DNA from: Gemmatimonadota bacterium
Lineage (GTDB): Bacteria; Gemmatimonadota; Gemmatimonadetes; Longimicrobiales; Gaopeijiaceae
DNA: 64,000 nucleotides
Assembly (NCBI GenBank): GCA_007120305.1
Contig: SKNW01000029.1
Location: 1,706 to 65,705 of the forward strand
Reading direction: 5' to 3'
The notes under the pieces were generated by a model. The model was given only the letters and a program-made list of their open reading frames with translations. It made no database searches and was not told where the DNA came from. Below are positions 24,589 to 33,380 of the stretch, piece after piece. Position 1 is the first letter of the stretch; every line of letters begins with the position of its first letter. A program made the translations under genes and the position numbers.

Positions 24589-25858
24589 TCAGCGCAGGGC
24601 GCGGCCGTATCGCACAGGCTGCGGCCGTATCGCACAGGCTGCGGCCGTATCGCACAGGCTGCGGCCGGATCGGCGCACGATGTGGCCGATTCAGCGCACC
24701 CGGGCCACCCCTGCACTCGTGCATGATGCGTATGCGCAGCCCAACGGCTTCCGGGTTCGCCCCGGCCCGGCCCGAAGGTACCCACGGATTCACCGAGAGG
24801 GTGGGCCCGCTGGCCATGTCTGCCAGGATGGGCTGCCCGCCGGACCCCGCCATCTCCTGACCGCGTGCCCGATGGAAGGTCCAGGCGCCGCTGCCCACGC
24901 CCAGCACACCGAAGGCCACGTTGACCCATCCGGCTCGCCGGGCATCGCCCCCGTCGAGGATGCCGGCGGCGCCCAGCCCGACCCCGGCGGCACCCACTCC
25001 CATTCCCAGGAGACCCCGGCCTGCGGACGGCTGACCGGCGGACAGGTCGAGGAGGTTGACTGCGGCGAGGGCCGCCCCCAGCGTGGAGGTGCCGACGGTG
25101 AGCCCCAGGTACTCGCGAGAGAGCTCCTCCCGCCCCGGATTCGGCCAGAGGTTGCACCAGGAGGGCTGGTGTGCGGCATCCCCCTCCATGTTGCAGTACA
25201 TCGGCTGGATCCACGCGGCCTCCACCGGCGACAGGCCGGAGCCTTCGAGCCATGCGACGAGGGCGGGCTCGTCCAGGAGTTCGAAGATTCTCGCATGATT
25301 CCGCGCCCCGGCGACCGCGGCTACCAGCTCGTCCCCTCCGGAGCGGTGGATCAGGTATCCGACGGCGCAGTGCACGCCGTCGTTGTCGACGAAGACCGGG
25401 CTGCGGCCTGGGACATCGACGTTTCTGGGGAAGATTCCCGCCAGGCGGTAGGCGCGAAGCTCGTCGAGGAGGGTCGCGCGGTTCGCCCGCTTGCCCGCGT
25501 CGAGGTGATCGGTGGGAGCGGCTCGAAGCGCCGCCTCGACCTCCGCGAGGTGCGCCCGCACCAGGGCGCGCTCGGCGTCGGGGGAGGGTGCGAATCCGAC
25601 GGCATGGATCGCGGGAAGCTCGGGATCCTCGGGGGCCGCGGCGTTCGCGGCGTCCGTGACGTCGGGAGCGTCATCGGGACTCGCGGAATCGGCGGGTGGG
25701 AGAGCAACGGCGGCGATCACCAGAGCCGTCGCGAGGAGCGAAGCCCCTGCCACGCGAAACGCGAAGGAAGGTCGCCCCCGCCGCCCGGGTGGCGTCACCG
25801 GGGATGGATGGCGAGGAGGTTCGGGAAGGAATGGGTTGCCGCGATCGGCGAAGGACAT
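24515..25858 (-). CDS. Hypothetical secreted/membrane protein with no recognisable family
   Basis: High-GC3 frame from ATG 25858, with a signal-anchor (FAFRVAGASLLATALVIAAVALPP) and Gly-rich C-terminal TM segments. The last roughly 75 codons run through the 20-bp repeats and look non-protein-like, so the true 3' end is doubtful. Confidence 0.45.
   Translation of the reverse strand: MSFADRGNPFLPEPPRHPSPVTPPGRRGRPSFAFRVAGASLLATALVIAAVALPPADSASPDDAPDVTDAANAAAPEDPELPAIHAVGFAPSPDAERALVRAHLAEVEAALRAAPTDHLDAGKRANRATLLDELRAYRLAGIFPRNVDVPGRSPVFVDNDGVHCAVGYLIHRSGGDELVAAVAGARNHARIFELLDEPALVAWLEGSGLSPVEAAWIQPMYCNMEGDAAHQPSWCNLWPNPGREELSREYLGLTVGTSTLGAALAAVNLLDLSAGQPSAGRGLLGMGVGAAGVGLGAAGILDGGDARRAGWVNVAFGVLGVGSGAWTFHRARGQEMAGSGGQPILADMASGPTLSVNPWVPSGRAGANPEAVGLRIRIMHECRGGPGALNRPHRAPIRPQPVRYGRSLCDTAAACAIRPRPALILPFEVSPELQWQKAGAFRGCFCH
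24601..24660. repeat. Three perfect tandem copies of the 20-mer GCGGCCGTATCGCACAGGCT, plus a degenerate fourth copy
   Basis: Read directly from the sequence. Flanked by a 14/16-identical direct repeat, TGGCAGAATCAGCGCA (24581) and TGGCCGATTCAGCGCA (24683). Confidence 0.95.
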
Positions 25859-26275
25859 GGCGGGCTCTCGGGGCAGGGATGGACCCGTCCCAGGAGAACG
25901 AGCAGCACCGGGCAATCATGACAGCGCTCGGTCCGCCGGACATGAACGGCCAGGACGCCCGAAACCGGCGCTCCTGTCGCGAGGTGCTCGCGGAGCGTGT
26001 CCAGCGGAACGATGCGGGAGGGATCGTGGGCTCGACGGCCCGCGGTTCCTCCGGTGATGGGCGAGTGCAAGGTGCTTCTCCTCGGCCGCCATCACTGAAT
26101 CGAGCACTTCGGTGGCAGGGTGGAGGTCCAGAGGGGCCAGCGTGTCGGGAGACGCGCCGGCGGCAGGAACCGGCGCCTCCGAGGTGGCCGCACCTCCGCA
26201 TCCCGAAACGAGAAGAATGGCCGCGGGCAAGGGAACCGAACGTAGCGCTGTCAGGGGGGCGAGCCTTCCGGCCAC
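25795..26275 (-). pseudogene. Small lipoprotein gene with an apparent frame switch near 26070
   Basis: The GTG 26275 frame gives a lipoprotein signal (LPAAILLVSGC), then degenerates to Arg-rich low-GC3 sequence after about 26065. The adjacent frame (TTG 26070) has high GC3 from that point on. Confidence 0.35.
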
Positions 26276-26490
26276 GGAGCCAGCCGCTGGAACCAGGCGC
26301 TCGAGACGACGTCAGTCCTCCCTCCCGAGATCCACCCGATGGTGTCGGACGACACCGGCCATTCCTCGAGTGGCGAGGAGCAGTGCCGCCTTGCTGAAAC
26401 GTCTCCTCGTGGCTCCTGGCCCGTCACGGGTGCCTGGACCTGCCACACTCGGTCCGAGCGGCGCCTTCGCCCATTCCGGCGAAAATCCGC

Positions 26491-27261
26491 CTACCCGACC
26501 TGTCCGGTGGACTCCTCTCCCTCCAGTCCCCAGAGCCCCTCGAGACGCAGGGGGATCACCATGGCCAGATGCTCCAGTACCGCCAGCGCGGCCAGCGTGC
26601 CGGCGAGGAGGAAGGTGACCCGGTCGGCCCCGGTGCCGGCGCTGGCGGCGGCCATGAAGAGGGCGACCGTGGCGGTGGTGATGGCCACCATGGAGCCCCA
26701 GTAGAAGGATCCGGGACGACGCTGGGGCACAAGGGCGGAAAGGTGCTGGAGGCGCGGAGGAAAGAGATGTCGATTGGGAAAGGGAACCCCGAAGAAGAGG
26801 TTCAGCTTGGCGCTGATGCGCATGGCCCACAGGACGGTGAACGCAAGAAAGGCGGAGGGATTCGCGGCCCCCCACGAGGCGACACCGAGGATCGCGACGG
26901 TGGCGGCCAGGGCGAGCTCGTGGTGCGAGACCGAGGCGAAGCCGAACCGGAACCTGGCCCATCCCTGGAGCTGGGGCGGACAGGGCCTCCGCTCGGGCCC
27001 CGTGACCACGCCCGAAAGAAAGGCGAACTCGTGCCATCCCCACAGGAGCACGGCCATGGCAAACCCGGTGGCCGCACCCACCGGGGTGTCCACGGGGCGG
27101 AGCGCCAGGACGGCCACGCCGGCCGCAAGGGCCACCACGGTGGCCCCGGCCATGAGGGCGCTGGGATCGGACCGATTGGACGCCCGGGCCAGCACGAAGA
27201 GGAGCCCCGTGCCGAACCACCAGGCAAAGAGACCGCCCACGACGGGAATCACGACATCCAT
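26491..27261 (-). CDS. puhE: Photosynthetic complex assembly protein PuhE
   Basis: 256-aa polytopic protein with WGWHEFAFLSGVVTGP and WAMRISAKLNLFFGVP signatures. Confidence 0.8.
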   Translation of the reverse strand: MDVVIPVVGGLFAWWFGTGLLFVLARASNRSDPSALMAGATVVALAAGVAVLALRPVDTPVGAATGFAMAVLLWGWHEFAFLSGVVTGPERRPCPPQLQGWARFRFGFASVSHHELALAATVAILGVASWGAANPSAFLAFTVLWAMRISAKLNLFFGVPFPNRHLFPPRLQHLSALVPQRRPGSFYWGSMVAITTATVALFMAAASAGTGADRVTFLLAGTLAALAVLEHLAMVIPLRLEGLWGLEGEESTGQVG

Positions 27262-27315
27262 GCCGACACGATCATCAGGGGGGACATGGCGAAGGGGGAC
27301 TCGGAGCGGGAGGGG

Positions 27316-28137
27316 TCAGAGCGTGGCGAAGAACGGGTTCGTTCCCTGCTCGTGGGCGGTGACATCCTCCACGCCCCGGAGCTCGGGGACCGCCTTCCGG
27401 AGAATGCGGGCCACCACCTCCTGCAGGGTACCGGAGGCAGCGGCGCATCCCTGGCACCCCCCGGCCATGCCCACCTCGGCCACGGCATCGGGACGCAGAC
27501 GAACGAGGTGAACGGCGCCACCATGGCTCTCCACCAGGGGGTTCACCCGGTTGTGGATCTCGGTGCGGATGCGCGAAGCCAGGTGGGAGAGGGTTGCGGC
27601 ATCGAGTGGAGCGGCCGCGGGCCCTTCGCCCCTGGCCGTGAACGCGCCCCCGGTCTCGGTCTCGACGTCGAGCGCGGGCCGCGTCGGGCCCGCCGTGGCG
27701 GCAGGCCGGCGGCGCTGGATCTGGACGAGCTTTGCAGAAGGGGCTGGAGCAGGGTGTGCGGAGGCGGCCGGAGAGGGGGCCGGAGAAGAGGGAGGGCCCG
27801 GCGCACGCGAACCCGAGGGTTCGGCTGTCCGCACCAGAAAGCCCGGGGCACCTCCCTCCGGCTCTCCGTCCAGGAAATCGATGACGAGCCCCGCCAGTCG
27901 CTGACCCACCTCGGGGTCGAAGCGGATCGGGATCGGGTCGTCGTCCTGCTGCGCCTGCCCGGCCATCCGGGGCGTCGCCCCGGGGATCAGCTGCAGGTGC
28001 ACATCGGGGAGGTCCCCTCCGGTGGGCTCCAGATTTACAAGGAGCACCGGATCGGGGGCCTCGAAGGCCCGGACGAAGCCTGCGAGCGCCGTCCGGGCCG
28101 TGAGGGTAAATACGGGACGAGGGGTCGGGCGAATCAC
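27316..28137 (-). CDS. NfuA-like Fe-S cluster carrier (degenerate A-type N-domain, Pro/Ala linker, NifU C-terminal domain)
   Basis: C-terminal Nfu domain (VNPLVESHGGAVHLVRL...GMAGGCQGCAAASGTLQ, CxxC). GTG start 1 nt after the pufC TGA. Confidence 0.7.
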   Translation of the reverse strand: MIRPTPRPVFTLTARTALAGFVRAFEAPDPVLLVNLEPTGGDLPDVHLQLIPGATPRMAGQAQQDDDPIPIRFDPEVGQRLAGLVIDFLDGEPEGGAPGFLVRTAEPSGSRAPGPPSSPAPSPAASAHPAPAPSAKLVQIQRRRPAATAGPTRPALDVETETGGAFTARGEGPAAAPLDAATLSHLASRIRTEIHNRVNPLVESHGGAVHLVRLRPDAVAEVGMAGGCQGCAAASGTLQEVVARILRKAVPELRGVEDVTAHEQGTNPFFATL

Positions 28138-28138
28138 G

Positions 28139-29206
28139 TCAGGGCATCCCCTGGGTCCCTTCCAGGCCCATGGTCATCATGGCATCGGACGATCCCCCGT
28201 GGGGAACGCCGATCCGGGTAAGGGCCGGATGGCCGGCGCCGTAGGATGCCGGGTTGCTGAACTGGGGCTTGTACGCCCCGATGTGACAGGTCGCGCACTG
28301 CATCTTCGGGCCATCGCCCAGCGGTCCCAGGCGGTTCTCCGGCCATGTGGTCTGCAGCGGGAGCATGTAGCTCTCGTTCATGGCCCGCACCATCCGCACA
28401 CCCCGGAGCGCGTGGACCCGCGCCGGTGGGCTCTCCTCCCAGTCACTGAACCGGGCGGAGGTGTGGCAGTAGGTGCAGTTCACGCCCAGGGCTTCGGACA
28501 TCTGCAGCATCACCCAGTAGGCGTGCCGGGTGTCGTTGGTCGAAATCCGGTTGTCCGAATCCCCCCGGAGAGGCACCTGCGAGATGACCCGCACGCCGGT
28601 CTCGTCCAGGTTGTAGCGTTCGATCTGACGGTCCTGCTCGTTCACGAAGTAGCGCTGGATGTCCCGGCGGCCGTCCTCTGCGAAGAACCAGTAGTTGGTC
28701 GGGAGTGCCTCGCCCTGGTGGCAGGTCCAGCAGTTCACGCCCACATCTCCCACGTGGGAGGACCAGTTGGTGTTGATGTCCTGTGTCATGCGGATCATGT
28801 CGCGCGACACCACCTTCGTGTAGATGTCGTCGGACACGAAGTTCACCTGGCCCTGGTCGTCAACCACGTGGCAGTAGTTGCATCCCTGCCCCGTGTTCTG
28901 CGCCACCCAGATGGTCATGTTGAGCATGAAGCGGTTGAACTCCGCCTCGCTCAGGTGGCCCAGCACCTGGACGTTCTCCCAGGTCCCCTCGGGGGCCGGC
29001 ACCATGTCCGCCGGGGCCTCTCCCGAGATGGTAGGGGCGCGGGCCGCGATGGCCTGCACCGAGTCCTGGAGGGTGCCGGGGTTGACCACATGCTGCATTC
29101 CCACGCCCCGGAAGCCCATGTCCACCGCGTCCACCGGGGGAAGCTCGCACCCCGCGGCGAAGAGAAGGGCGCCGCTTGCCATCAGGCTCAGTCCACGCGT
29201 CTTCAT
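28139..29206 (-). CDS. pufC: Reaction-centre tetrahaem cytochrome c subunit (lipoprotein)
   Basis: Four CxxCH motifs (CNYCH, CWTCH, CTYCH, CATCH) and an N-terminal lipobox (LFAAGC). ATGA overlap with pufM. Confidence 0.92.
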   Translation of the reverse strand: MKTRGLSLMASGALLFAAGCELPPVDAVDMGFRGVGMQHVVNPGTLQDSVQAIAARAPTISGEAPADMVPAPEGTWENVQVLGHLSEAEFNRFMLNMTIWVAQNTGQGCNYCHVVDDQGQVNFVSDDIYTKVVSRDMIRMTQDINTNWSSHVGDVGVNCWTCHQGEALPTNYWFFAEDGRRDIQRYFVNEQDRQIERYNLDETGVRVISQVPLRGDSDNRISTNDTRHAYWVMLQMSEALGVNCTYCHTSARFSDWEESPPARVHALRGVRMVRAMNESYMLPLQTTWPENRLGPLGDGPKMQCATCHIGAYKPQFSNPASYGAGHPALTRIGVPHGGSSDAMMTMGLEGTQGMP

Positions 29207-30306
29207 CGGACGATCTCCTGCGAAAGGGTCACCTCGGCGAAGCTGACCTGAACATCGGTCCCGGGGACCACGAACACCTCGTGCATCGACGTGTCGAGGC
29301 CCGGGCGGCCCTGCGCCGGCGGTGCCAGCATGGGCGCATCGAGCTCGCCCGGCTGCACCGGTACCGCCGGGTCACCCCAGACCTGCGGGTAGTCCGGCAC
29401 GAGGCCGTGTTTCTGGCCCCAGAGGTACCAGTTGTCCACGGCCGTTCCGGTGAGCACGATGCCGATCCCGCCCGTGATCACCGTGAGTGCGGCGAACCAC
29501 CAGGCCCACCGGTGAATGGACTCCATGGTGGCATTGAAGCCCATGGTCCAGCGCCAGAAGAGCTGGCTGCGTTCCGCTGCCGTTCCCCGATCGGTGATCT
29601 GATCGATCTCCCGCTCGCCCCCCATCTTGGCCACCGCGAGAATCGTGGCGGCGTGCATGGCAAAGAGCAGGGCCGATCCGTAGAGGAAGGCGATGGAAAG
29701 CATGTGGAACGGGTTGTAGAACAGGTTCCCGTACCGGATGGAGAAGGCGGCGGTCCAGTCCAGGTGCGGGAAGATTCCGAAGGGCACCGCTTCCGACCAG
29801 CTCCCCATGAGGATCGGGCGAATGAAGCCCAGGACCAGGTAGAGCCAGATCGCCGCGGCGAAGGACCAGGCCACGTGGGTGCCCATGCCGAGCTGACGGG
29901 CCCGGCTGTACATGCGGTACCACCAGGCGAAGATGGAAACGGTGAGGAGGAAGCCACACCAGATCCACCAGCCGCCCTGGCTCAGGGGGGGGATGCGAAG
30001 TCCCCACTCCGGGCCCGGCGGTTCCACCGAGAGCCAGGGGAGAAGTCGCACGAACTGCACCGGGTCCCACGACACCGACGCGAGCATGACCATCCCCATG
30101 AGGAAGATGGAAAGACCGCCGGTGACCAGCGCGAGAACGCCGGCCCATCCCAGGTAGACGGGACCCAGCTGGGCATCCCCGATCTTCCCTAGCCAGTAGG
30201 AGAACCCGGCATCGGGGATCCGCCGGTCGCCGCCACTGGCCGGGACGCCCGGATCGGGCGTGTGCCGGACCTGCACCTGGGTGAAGAGATTCTGATACTC
30301 GGCCAT
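29203..30306 (-). CDS. pufM: Reaction-centre M subunit
   Basis: Conserved motifs [31 protein letters not shown] and [12 protein letters not shown]. At 367 aa it carries a long C-terminal extension. Confidence 0.95.
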   Translation of the reverse strand: MAEYQNLFTQVQVRHTPDPGVPASGGDRRIPDAGFSYWLGKIGDAQLGPVYLGWAGVLALVTGGLSIFLMGMVMLASVSWDPVQFVRLLPWLSVEPPGPEWGLRIPPLSQGGWWIWCGFLLTVSIFAWWYRMYSRARQLGMGTHVAWSFAAAIWLYLVLGFIRPILMGSWSEAVPFGIFPHLDWTAAFSIRYGNLFYNPFHMLSIAFLYGSALLFAMHAATILAVAKMGGEREIDQITDRGTAAERSQLFWRWTMGFNATMESIHRWAWWFAALTVITGGIGIVLTGTAVDNWYLWGQKHGLVPDYPQVWGDPAVPVQPGELDAPMLAPPAQGRPGLDTSMHEVFVVPGTDVQVSFAEVTLSQEIVR

Positions 30307-30316
30307 TGCCTGCTCC

Positions 30317-31156
30317 TCAGCTCCAGATGGGAAGGTTCAGCCACCATGCCCACCACTCGGGCCACCCGCGGGTCCAGAAGGGCCCGCTGATGACGATGCA
30401 GATGGCGCTCCAGATCCCGGCATTCAGGGCCAGGAACAGCCCCAGGCGGTGGATGCCGATGGCGCCGATGGAGTACCCGATGGTGTCACGGAAGTAGGTG
30501 TTCTCGTGCTCGCTGGACCGGACCGGATCCCCCTTCTTCGGGTTGGTCACGGAGAGGATGAGCGAGCCGTGGAGGCCAAGCGCGAAGGTCGTGGTGAAGA
30601 AGAAGCTCACCGCGATCATGTGCGCCGGGTTGTAGTGGAAGTGGAGGTACTGGTACCCGACGTTCGAGACCCAGTCCAGGTGGGAGATGATGCCGTACGG
30701 GAACCCGTGGCCCCAGGCGCCCATGAGGACGGGGCGGACCACGACGAGCGTCACGTAGGCCAGGATGGCCACGCCGTACGCTACGGGCACGTGGTAACCC
30801 ATCCCCAGCTTGCGCGAGATCTCCGCCTGCCGGAGCGCCCACGCCACGAAGGCTCCGATGGCGCAGATGGTGATGGCCTGCCAGAGCCCTCCCTCGGTCA
30901 TGGGCGCGAAGCCCAGGCCGTATTCCAGGGGGGGCGGGGCAATGTTGATCTGCCAGAGGTTCCACGTCTGGCCCGCAAGCCCCTCGCCGATGGCAGCACC
31001 ATAGACGCAGAGAGCCGTCCCCAGCGTGGCAAAGAAGATCGTCGCCACCCCGAAGAAGCCTACGTAGAAGGGTCCGATCCAGAAATCGAAGAGGTCCCCC
31101 CCAATGAGCGTACCGCCACGGGTACGGTATTTTTTTTCAAAACTCAGCATGGCCAT
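30317..31156 (-). CDS. pufL: Reaction-centre L subunit
   Basis: N-terminus [36 protein letters not shown], plus [22 protein letters not shown]. Confidence 0.95.
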   Translation of the reverse strand: MAMLSFEKKYRTRGGTLIGGDLFDFWIGPFYVGFFGVATIFFATLGTALCVYGAAIGEGLAGQTWNLWQINIAPPPLEYGLGFAPMTEGGLWQAITICAIGAFVAWALRQAEISRKLGMGYHVPVAYGVAILAYVTLVVVRPVLMGAWGHGFPYGIISHLDWVSNVGYQYLHFHYNPAHMIAVSFFFTTTFALGLHGSLILSVTNPKKGDPVRSSEHENTYFRDTIGYSIGAIGIHRLGLFLALNAGIWSAICIVISGPFWTRGWPEWWAWWLNLPIWS

Positions 31157-31195
31157 CGTGTGTCACTCCCGGTGGGGGCGGTCAGGCGCCGCGTG

Positions 31196-31228
31196 CGGTC
31201 CCGGGAGGCGGGGTGCCCCCCGGGACCG
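31196..31228 (-). other. Intercistronic GC-rich stem-loop between pufA and pufL
   Basis: CGGTCCCGGG (31196-31205) pairs with CCCGGGACCG (31219-31228), leaving a 13-nt loop. Confidence 0.6.
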
Positions 31229-31244
31229 TGCCGCCACGCTCGGG

Positions 31245-31433
31245 TCAGAACCCGGGGGGAAGCGGTGTCATGTCGACGACCGCGCCGGCTGTAGCTCCGT
31301 CTCCACCGTCAATCCAGTTGTACTTGTCGGTCGAGAGGAGGATGAAGTGGATGGTGAACGCCAGAACGCCCAGGAATGCGAAGAGGGCGATGAGGGTCCG
31401 CCTGGGATCAAAGATCATCCATATCCGATGCAT
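31245..31433 (-). CDS. pufA: Light-harvesting LH1 alpha polypeptide
   Basis: 62 aa from ATG 31433 (GGAG SD): [40 protein letters not shown]..., including the BChl-ligand His. The track ORF is an upstream-extended version. Confidence 0.88.
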   Translation of the reverse strand: MHRIWMIFDPRRTLIALFAFLGVLAFTIHFILLSTDKYNWIDGGDGATAGAVVDMTPLPPGF

Positions 31434-31458
31434 GGTATTCTCCAGGTTACGTGGGGCT

Positions 31459-31611
31459 TCAGCCCCAGGGACGCCACATCCAGGCGAGCACATGAGCGAC
31501 GACGGCGACGACCGTGAAGCCGATGAACGACATGAGGAAAACCCCATGGAATTCCTTGGCCTCGTTCTCGGTCAGCCCCGACATGCTCCCCGATCTTTCA
31601 TGTTGTGACAT
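31459..31611 (-). CDS. pufB: Light-harvesting LH1 beta polypeptide
   Basis: Hand-translated; below the track's size cut-off. Sequence [50 protein letters not shown] (50 aa). AGGAGG SD 5 nt upstream. Confidence 0.88.
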   Translation of the reverse strand: MSQHERSGSMSGLTENEAKEFHGVFLMSFIGFTVVAVVAHVLAWMWRPWG

Positions 31612-31931
31612 GATTTCCTCCTAGCTGAGGGTCAGGTGACGTTCTCGGGCGCTTCCACGGCATCCCATCGGGGAACGCGATGCCGCTTGGGCCCTGCCAC
31701 CGGGTGCGGGTTTCGGATGGTGCGGGACCTCCGGCGTACGCACGGACTCCCACGCCCGGGAGGGGCGCCTGAACGCCGTCTCCCGACCCGAACCGGCGCG
31801 ACCGATTTCGGCCGCGTCCGGAGGCGAGTCGGTCCAGCGGGCGACCGGCGCGCAGCTGCGCGACCTCGTCACCCCAGAATCCAACCCGCCCCTTCGGAGT
31901 GTCTGCCAGTTCGTCGCGGCACATCCATCCG

Positions 31932-33380
31932 TCATGCCGCTTCATGAAGCCCCCTTCGGGCCGCCTTGACCCGGTCGAGGGTGACGCAGGGCTCGGAAGC
32001 CCCCCGGGCGGCGGCCTCGGCCGCATCCCGGATCCTCTTGGCCACCGAGATGCGCACCAGGGGTGCGAAGTCGGCGAGCATCACTTCCAGCGCCTCCAGC
32101 GCGTCGTCCTCCCAGGGGAGCGTCTCGGCCGACCCCCGGGTCAGTGTCGTCGCCGCGCCTTCGTCCAGCTTCGTCCCCAGGGGGAGGATGTGGAACAGGG
32201 CGTCGAAGAGGGCGTTGCAGATCTCCTGCACCAGGTAGACTGCCCCCGAGTAGCCCATGAAGGGGGTTCCGATGTGCCGGCGTACCACGGCCCCCGGGAA
32301 GGATGACGGGATGTACGAACAGCGCAGTCCTGCCTCCGCCGCGTACATGCGCTCGTTGTAGCTCCCGAAGAGGAGGAGCGGCGGCTTGGCCTGCAGTTCG
32401 GTCCGGATCTCGTCGTGGTCCGTCTTCTCGCCGGCCAGGCGCGAACGGGCCAGAGTACAGGGCATCCCCAGGTCCTCGTCGAAGAAGTTCCGGAGCCCCC
32501 GGGTGTAGGTGTCGTTCGCCACCACCGCGTAGGAGGAGGTGGCGAAGAAGTCCTGGGTCACGCTCCGGAAGAGATCCCAGATGGGCTTGAGCGTGGTGTG
32601 CTTCTCTCGCTCGATGAAGGGCTGAGGGTCGATCCCCACCGCCTCGCCCAGGGCCTCCAGGAACCGGGTGGTGGAGGACATGCCGATGGGGGCCTGCAGG
32701 TACGGGATGTCCATGTTCTCGCAGAGCTTCCGCCCGAACTCCCGGTACATGCAGATGTTCAGGTCCGCGTCCCCGAGGGCGGCCACGTCATCCAGGTGGC
32801 TTCCCAGGGGGAAGACCATGTTGATCTCGCACCCCACGCCCTCCACCAGCCGCCGGATCTCGTGGAGATCCGAGGGCATGTTGAAGGTGCCGTAGATGGG
32901 GCCGATGATGTTGACCAGGGGCTTCTCCGATTCCCGCTTCTTCCGGGTCCGGGCCTTCTTGAGCCCGAACTCGGTCCAGAGCCAGTAGATGGCCCGGTCG
33001 GCGCTCTGCCACTGGTCCTCGTCGATGGTCCGGGGAAGGAAGCGGAGGAGGTTCGTGCCTTCGGGGACCACGCCGCCCCCGATCATCTCGGCGATGCTCC
33101 CCGTGACCACCACGGCGGGCAGCTCGGGGTCCAGCGCTTCCCGGGCCCGGCGGAGGGCATCCTCGGTGCCGGTCATGGAGAGCTCGTCCTCGCCCAGCCC
33201 CGTTACCGTGATGGGGAGCTCGTGCGGGGGGAGGGCGTCGGTGTAGTGGAGGACCGAGGTGACCGGGAGGTTCTCGCACCCCACCGGCCCGTCGATCACC
33301 ACCTGCAGCCCCTTGATGGCGGTGAAGGCGTAGACCGACCCCCAGTAGCCGCCGGCGCGGTCGTGGTCCAGGACAAGCAT
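31932..33380 (-). CDS. bchZ: Chlorophyllide a reductase subunit Z
   Basis: 482-aa nitrogenase-like subunit at the bchXYZ position. TGATG overlap with bchY. Confidence 0.9.
   Translation of the reverse strand: MLVLDHDRAGGYWGSVYAFTAIKGLQVVIDGPVGCENLPVTSVLHYTDALPPHELPITVTGLGEDELSMTGTEDALRRAREALDPELPAVVVTGSIAEMIGGGVVPEGTNLLRFLPRTIDEDQWQSADRAIYWLWTEFGLKKARTRKKRESEKPLVNIIGPIYGTFNMPSDLHEIRRLVEGVGCEINMVFPLGSHLDDVAALGDADLNICMYREFGRKLCENMDIPYLQAPIGMSSTTRFLEALGEAVGIDPQPFIEREKHTTLKPIWDLFRSVTQDFFATSSYAVVANDTYTRGLRNFFDEDLGMPCTLARSRLAGEKTDHDEIRTELQAKPPLLLFGSYNERMYAAEAGLRCSYIPSSFPGAVVRRHIGTPFMGYSGAVYLVQEICNALFDALFHILPLGTKLDEGAATTLTRGSAETLPWEDDALEALEVMLADFAPLVRISVAKRIRDAAEAAARGASEPCVTLDRVKAARRGLHEAA

Noticed and set aside
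24578-24596. Sigma54-like -24/-12 element (TGGCAG-N5-GCGCA).
   Set aside because: The GG/GC spacing fits, but the -12 box lacks the TTGC core. No plus-strand gene lies downstream. The TGGCAG is part of the repeated GGCAGAA motif.
24601-24660. Possible CRISPR array, given the perfect direct repeats.
   Set aside because: The repeats are directly adjacent with no spacers, only 20 bp long and only three copies. No cas genes are present. It is a simple tandem repeat.
26341-26356. Palindrome GGTGTCGGACGACACC downstream of puhE, considered as a terminator.
   Set aside because: The stem is short (6-7 bp) and has no U-tract, so confidence is too low to annotate it.
31598-32026. 142-aa minus-strand ORF spanning the bchZ end, the spacer and the pufB start.
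   Set aside because: It overlaps both the conserved C-terminus of bchZ and the first codons and SD of pufB. It has no TM segment or recognisable motif.
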